64,000 nucleotides of DNA, taken from contig JAHITY010000015.1 in NCBI GenBank assembly GCA_018817165.1, positions 36,354-100,353 of the forward strand, in the 5' to 3' direction. Every line of letters begins with the position of its first letter. Within the stretch, counting starts at the first letter, position 1. The translations under genes and the position numbers were made by a program. This stretch comes from Candidatus Omnitrophota bacterium (GTDB lineage Bacteria; Omnitrophota; Gorgyraeia; B26-G9). Positions 61,042 through 64,000 of the stretch are shown in pieces. The notes under the pieces are model-generated. The model saw only the letters and a list, made by a program, of their open reading frames with translations. It ran no database searches and had not been told where the DNA came from.

Positions 61042-62757
61042 TTATTCTTGAACAATCTGCATAATTCTGTTACTTGCCTGATCAATCGAAACTTCTTCTC
61101 TCTGACCACTTCTCCGGACTTTTAACTCAATAATATTGTTAGCGATATTCTTTGGTCCAATAATAACCTGCAAGGGGATTCCGATAAGATCCGCGTCTTT
61201 AAATTTTATCCCGGCTCTTATATCCCGGTCATCAAAAATAACCTCAATATTTTGTTCGATCAATTTATTATAAATAGATTCCGCGATTTTCATGCTCAGC
61301 TCATCCGCGGTATTAAGCGGCATTAGAATTACTTGAAAAGGAGTTAATTCTTTAGACCAGACAATCCCATTTTCATCAAAATTCTGTTCTATAAAAGCCG
61401 CAATTATTCTAGTTACTCCAATTCCATAACAGCCCATAATAATCGGATGGGCTTTACCTTGTTCATCAAGAAAAGTAGCTCCCAAGCTTTCAGTATATTT
61501 TGTTCCTAATTTAAAAACATGTCCCACTTCAATTGCCTGATTAATTTTAATATCAGCACCACAACGCGGACATTTATCTTTAGCTGTAATGCTCCGGATA
61601 TCAGCGAATTTTTTAATTTTAACATCACGGGCAATATCAACATATCGCGTATGAGTATCGGCTTTATTTGATCCAACAACTACATTACTCGCTTCTTCAA
61701 CCGCATAATCCGCATAAATTTCAATATCGCTTAATTCGATTGGACCGCTAAATCCAATAGGCCCCTTAGTTACCTTTTCAATAATCGCAGAATTTGCCAT
61801 CTCTAAATTAACGGCTTTTAAAACTTTTGATAATTTTGTCTCGTTTATCTCGTGATCCCCTCGAACTAAAACAGCCACTGGTTTGCCATCCGCCAAATAA
61901 ATTATTGTTTTCACTAATTGCTCTACAGGGATCTTTAAAAACTCTGCCACTTGATCAACGGAACTAACTCCTGGAGTGCTTACCTCCTCCGGTACTTCTT
62001 GGCTTGTGGCTTGTGGCTTGTGGCTTGTGGCTTGTGGCGGCAGACACTCTGCCTTATCTAAACTAGCAGCATATGCGCATTTCTCACATTGCACAATTTT
62101 ATCTTCACCGCTTTCAGCCAAGACCATAAACTCATGAGATGCGTCCCCTCCCATTATTCCAGTGTCGGCTTCAACCGGAAGAAACTTCATACCGCAACGT
62201 TCAAAAATTCGGCAATAAGCATCATACATTTTGTCATAGCTCTTACCCAGACCTTCAATATCCCGGTCAAAACTATACGCATCTTTCATAATAAATTCCC
62301 GAGAGCGGATTATCCCAAAACGCGGACGGGCCTCATCGCGGAATTTTGTCTGAATCTGATACAGGATTATCGGCATTTGGCGATAAGAATTAATCTCATT
62401 TTTTACTAGAGAAGTAATTACTTCTTCATGCGTCGGGCCTAAAACATTAAGCTTTTTATGTCTATCGATAAATGTTATCATATCCTGCCCCAAAGCATCA
62501 AATCGTCCGCTTTTTTGCCATAATTCAGCTGGCTGGATTGCCGGTAACAATAATTGCTGCGCGCCTTTTTTGTTCATTTCCTGACGAATTATATTTTCAA
62601 CTTTAGACAAAACCCTTAAGCCAACCGGCAAATATGAATAAACTCCGGATGTAAGCTTACGAATAAGGCCTGCTCTGATCATCAGAATATGGCTTACAGC
62701 CTCTGCTTCTGAGGGAACTTCTTTAAGTGTAGGCAGCAAAAGCTCAGACCACTTCAT
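61042..62757 (-). CDS. proS: Prolyl-tRNA synthetase (bacterial type, with INS/editing domain)
   Basis: Class II aaRS motifs are present, with an ~170-aa insertion domain between motifs 2 and 3, and a C-terminal anticodon-binding domain. Length 571 aa. Confidence 0.9.
   Translation of the reverse strand: MKWSELLLPTLKEVPSEAEAVSHILMIRAGLIRKLTSGVYSYLPVGLRVLSKVENIIRQEMNKKGAQQLLLPAIQPAELWQKSGRFDALGQDMITFIDRHKKLNVLGPTHEEVITSLVKNEINSYRQMPIILYQIQTKFRDEARPRFGIIRSREFIMKDAYSFDRDIEGLGKSYDKMYDAYCRIFERCGMKFLPVEADTGIMGGDASHEFMVLAESGEDKIVQCEKCAYAASLDKAECLPPQATSHKPQATSQEVPEEVSTPGVSSVDQVAEFLKIPVEQLVKTIIYLADGKPVAVLVRGDHEINETKLSKVLKAVNLEMANSAIIEKVTKGPIGFSGPIELSDIEIYADYAVEEASNVVVGSNKADTHTRYVDIARDVKIKKFADIRSITAKDKCPRCGADIKINQAIEVGHVFKLGTKYTESLGATFLDEQGKAHPIIMGCYGIGVTRIIAAFIEQNFDENGIVWSKELTPFQVILMPLNTADELSMKIAESIYNKLIEQNIEVIFDDRDIRAGIKFKDADLIGIPLQVIIGPKNIANNIIELKVRRSGQREEVSIDQASNRIMQIVQE
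62003..62037. repeat. Heptanucleotide CTTGTGG x5 (CCACAAG on the coding strand) inside proS
   Basis: Five perfect copies plus a degenerate copy at 61995-62002. On the coding strand they encode the ATSHKPQ x2 low-complexity linker. Confidence 0.85.
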
Positions 62758-63805
62758 TTTTAACCTCCGCGACCAATGTTTTTATCAATGAATTTTTATT
62801 AATATTTTTTATCTTTTTTCCTTTTTTAAATAATATACCGGAACTTCCGCCCCAAGCAATACCAATATCCGCTTCCTTAGCTTCTCCTGGACCATTAACT
62901 ACGCAGCCCATTAATGCCACTTTAATTTTTTTAGCTGTATATTTCTTTTGCAAAGGCTTAAATGCTTTTACCGCCTGCTCCACAAAATTAATCAAATCAA
63001 TTTTACAGCGGCCGCAAGTGGGACAAGAAATAATTTCTATTCCCTCAGAGCGTAAGCCTAAAGCGGATAATATATTTTTCCCGGCTTCAACTTCCCGAAC
63101 AGGATCAGCGGTTAAAGAAACTCTTAAAGTATCACCAATCCCTTCCAACAACAATATCCCGATCCCAATACTTGATTTAACCAAACCACTAGCTTCCAGC
63201 CCTGTCGCAGTAACACCTAAGTGAAGCGGAGCATCGGTTAATTTTGCGAATTTGCGATAAGCCTCAATGGTTGATAAAACATCATGCGTCTTAAACGAAA
63301 AAATCATGTCTTTAAAATTATATTTTTTAAATATCTTTTCATATGTAAGCGCTGCCGCGATCATATCATCAACAATATTTTTTCTCGTTCTTTTCACTGA
63401 ACCAGAATTTAAACCTATTCTAATCGGTACTTTATTTTTAATCGCCGCTTTCAAAACTGCTTCTATTTGCCAAGACTTTTCAATGTTTCCCGGGTTCAAT
63501 CTTATTTTATCTGCTCCATTTTCCATCGCCAATAGCGCCAAGCGATAATCAAAATGAATATCCGCCACAATTGGAATTTTTATCTTTTGCTTAATTTGGC
63601 GGATTGCCATTGCCGACTCTTTATCCAAAACCGCAACTCTGATAATCTGAACTCCTGCTTGCGCCAAAACTTTTATCTGGGCAACTGTAGCCGCAACATC
63701 TTTAGTATCAGTCGATGTCATTGATTGAATTGTAATTGGACTACTGCCGCCAATCGGAACATTCCCGACAAATATTTTTCTGCTTTTTCTGCGTTTTATT
63801 TTCAT
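62744..63805 (-). CDS. ispG: 4-hydroxy-3-methylbut-2-enyl diphosphate synthase
   Basis: GcpE-type TIM barrel plus a C-terminal 4Fe-4S domain with the CPTCGRC motif. Confidence 0.85.
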   Translation of the reverse strand: MKIKRRKSRKIFVGNVPIGGSSPITIQSMTSTDTKDVAATVAQIKVLAQAGVQIIRVAVLDKESAMAIRQIKQKIKIPIVADIHFDYRLALLAMENGADKIRLNPGNIEKSWQIEAVLKAAIKNKVPIRIGLNSGSVKRTRKNIVDDMIAAALTYEKIFKKYNFKDMIFSFKTHDVLSTIEAYRKFAKLTDAPLHLGVTATGLEASGLVKSSIGIGILLLEGIGDTLRVSLTADPVREVEAGKNILSALGLRSEGIEIISCPTCGRCKIDLINFVEQAVKAFKPLQKKYTAKKIKVALMGCVVNGPGEAKEADIGIAWGGSSGILFKKGKKIKNINKNSLIKTLVAEVKNEVV

Positions 63806-63826
63806 GGCAACCCCAAATTTTAATTA

Positions 63827-64000
63827 TTTAACAAAAAAACTGAATATCTTTTCAAATAAACCAATCCGATTTAAATCATTAAACAAAACCAAAACCATTA
63901 AAAGCATTAACATTGAGAATCCAATGCGTGTAGCAATTTCCTGCACTTTAAGACTAGCCTGTTTCCCTCTGATTTTTTCCCAAGCCAAAAACAAAAGATG
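63827..64000 (-). CDS. RseP-family site-2 protease, C-terminal fragment (partial; N-terminus beyond the window end)
   Basis: The minus-strand translation ...AWEKIRGKQASLKVQEIATRIGFSMLMLLMVLVLFNDLNRIGLFEKIFSFFVK* resembles the conserved RseP C-terminal TM region. The dxr-rseP-ispG neighbourhood is common. Confidence 0.45.

Overview
Low-GC chromosomal segment from a diderm (Gram-negative-type) bacterium. I saw no integrase, transposase, CRISPR or recognisable defence genes, so it is almost all housekeeping. Nearly every gene is on the minus strand, and many adjacent genes overlap slightly. In window order the main gene blocks are: an RND efflux operon (TolC-like outer membrane factor, membrane fusion protein, AcrB-like permease, the last running off the window start); an SGNH hydrolase; an unannotated RNase P RNA (rnpB) next to an RNase HI-like gene and a zinc-ribbon coiled-coil protein; tRNA-Met and tRNA-Val, each with its own copy of a duplicated ~150-bp promoter module; a NIF3-like/dnaG/rpoD operon; metF, aroK, a PilZ protein, a HAD hydrolase and an HD-GYP phosphodiesterase (the last three could form a c-di-GMP module); lptD; a sugar epimerase, a ROK kinase, accD, an MFS transporter and tRNA-Thr; a lipid A and outer-membrane biogenesis cluster (lpxI, lpxA, fused lpxC-fabZ, lpxD, skp, bamA); dnaB, rplI, rpsR, ssb, rpsF, pth, ctc, prs, glmU, tRNA-Gln, spoVG and ispE; a split transketolase; an ftsH paralog, a TPR lipoprotein, a lone hisG and an lpxL-family gene; a 600-bp spacer followed by a Gfo/Idh/MocA oxidoreductase and lpxB; a type IV pilus operon (pilin, pilC, pilB, pilQ, pilP-like, pilO-like, fused pilMN); proS, ispG and a partial rseP. 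I found no obviously novel multi-gene system. The unusual items are repeat and domain-architecture oddities: (1) 7-8-bp periodic tandem repeats in many intergenic spacers, including a (GGACACAA/GGTCACAA)x5 array, plus a related CCACAAG x5 repeat inside the essential proS gene; (2) a 48-bp hairpin-forming direct repeat between rpsR and rplI; (3) SpoVG with a zinc-ribbon insertion; (4) sigma-70 with a lysine-rich basic N-terminal tail; (5) a TolC-like protein with a long beta-rich N-terminal extension; (6) a recent 65-residue tandem duplication inside LptD; (7) a PilM-PilN fusion and a pilin with Ala at the -1 cleavage position.
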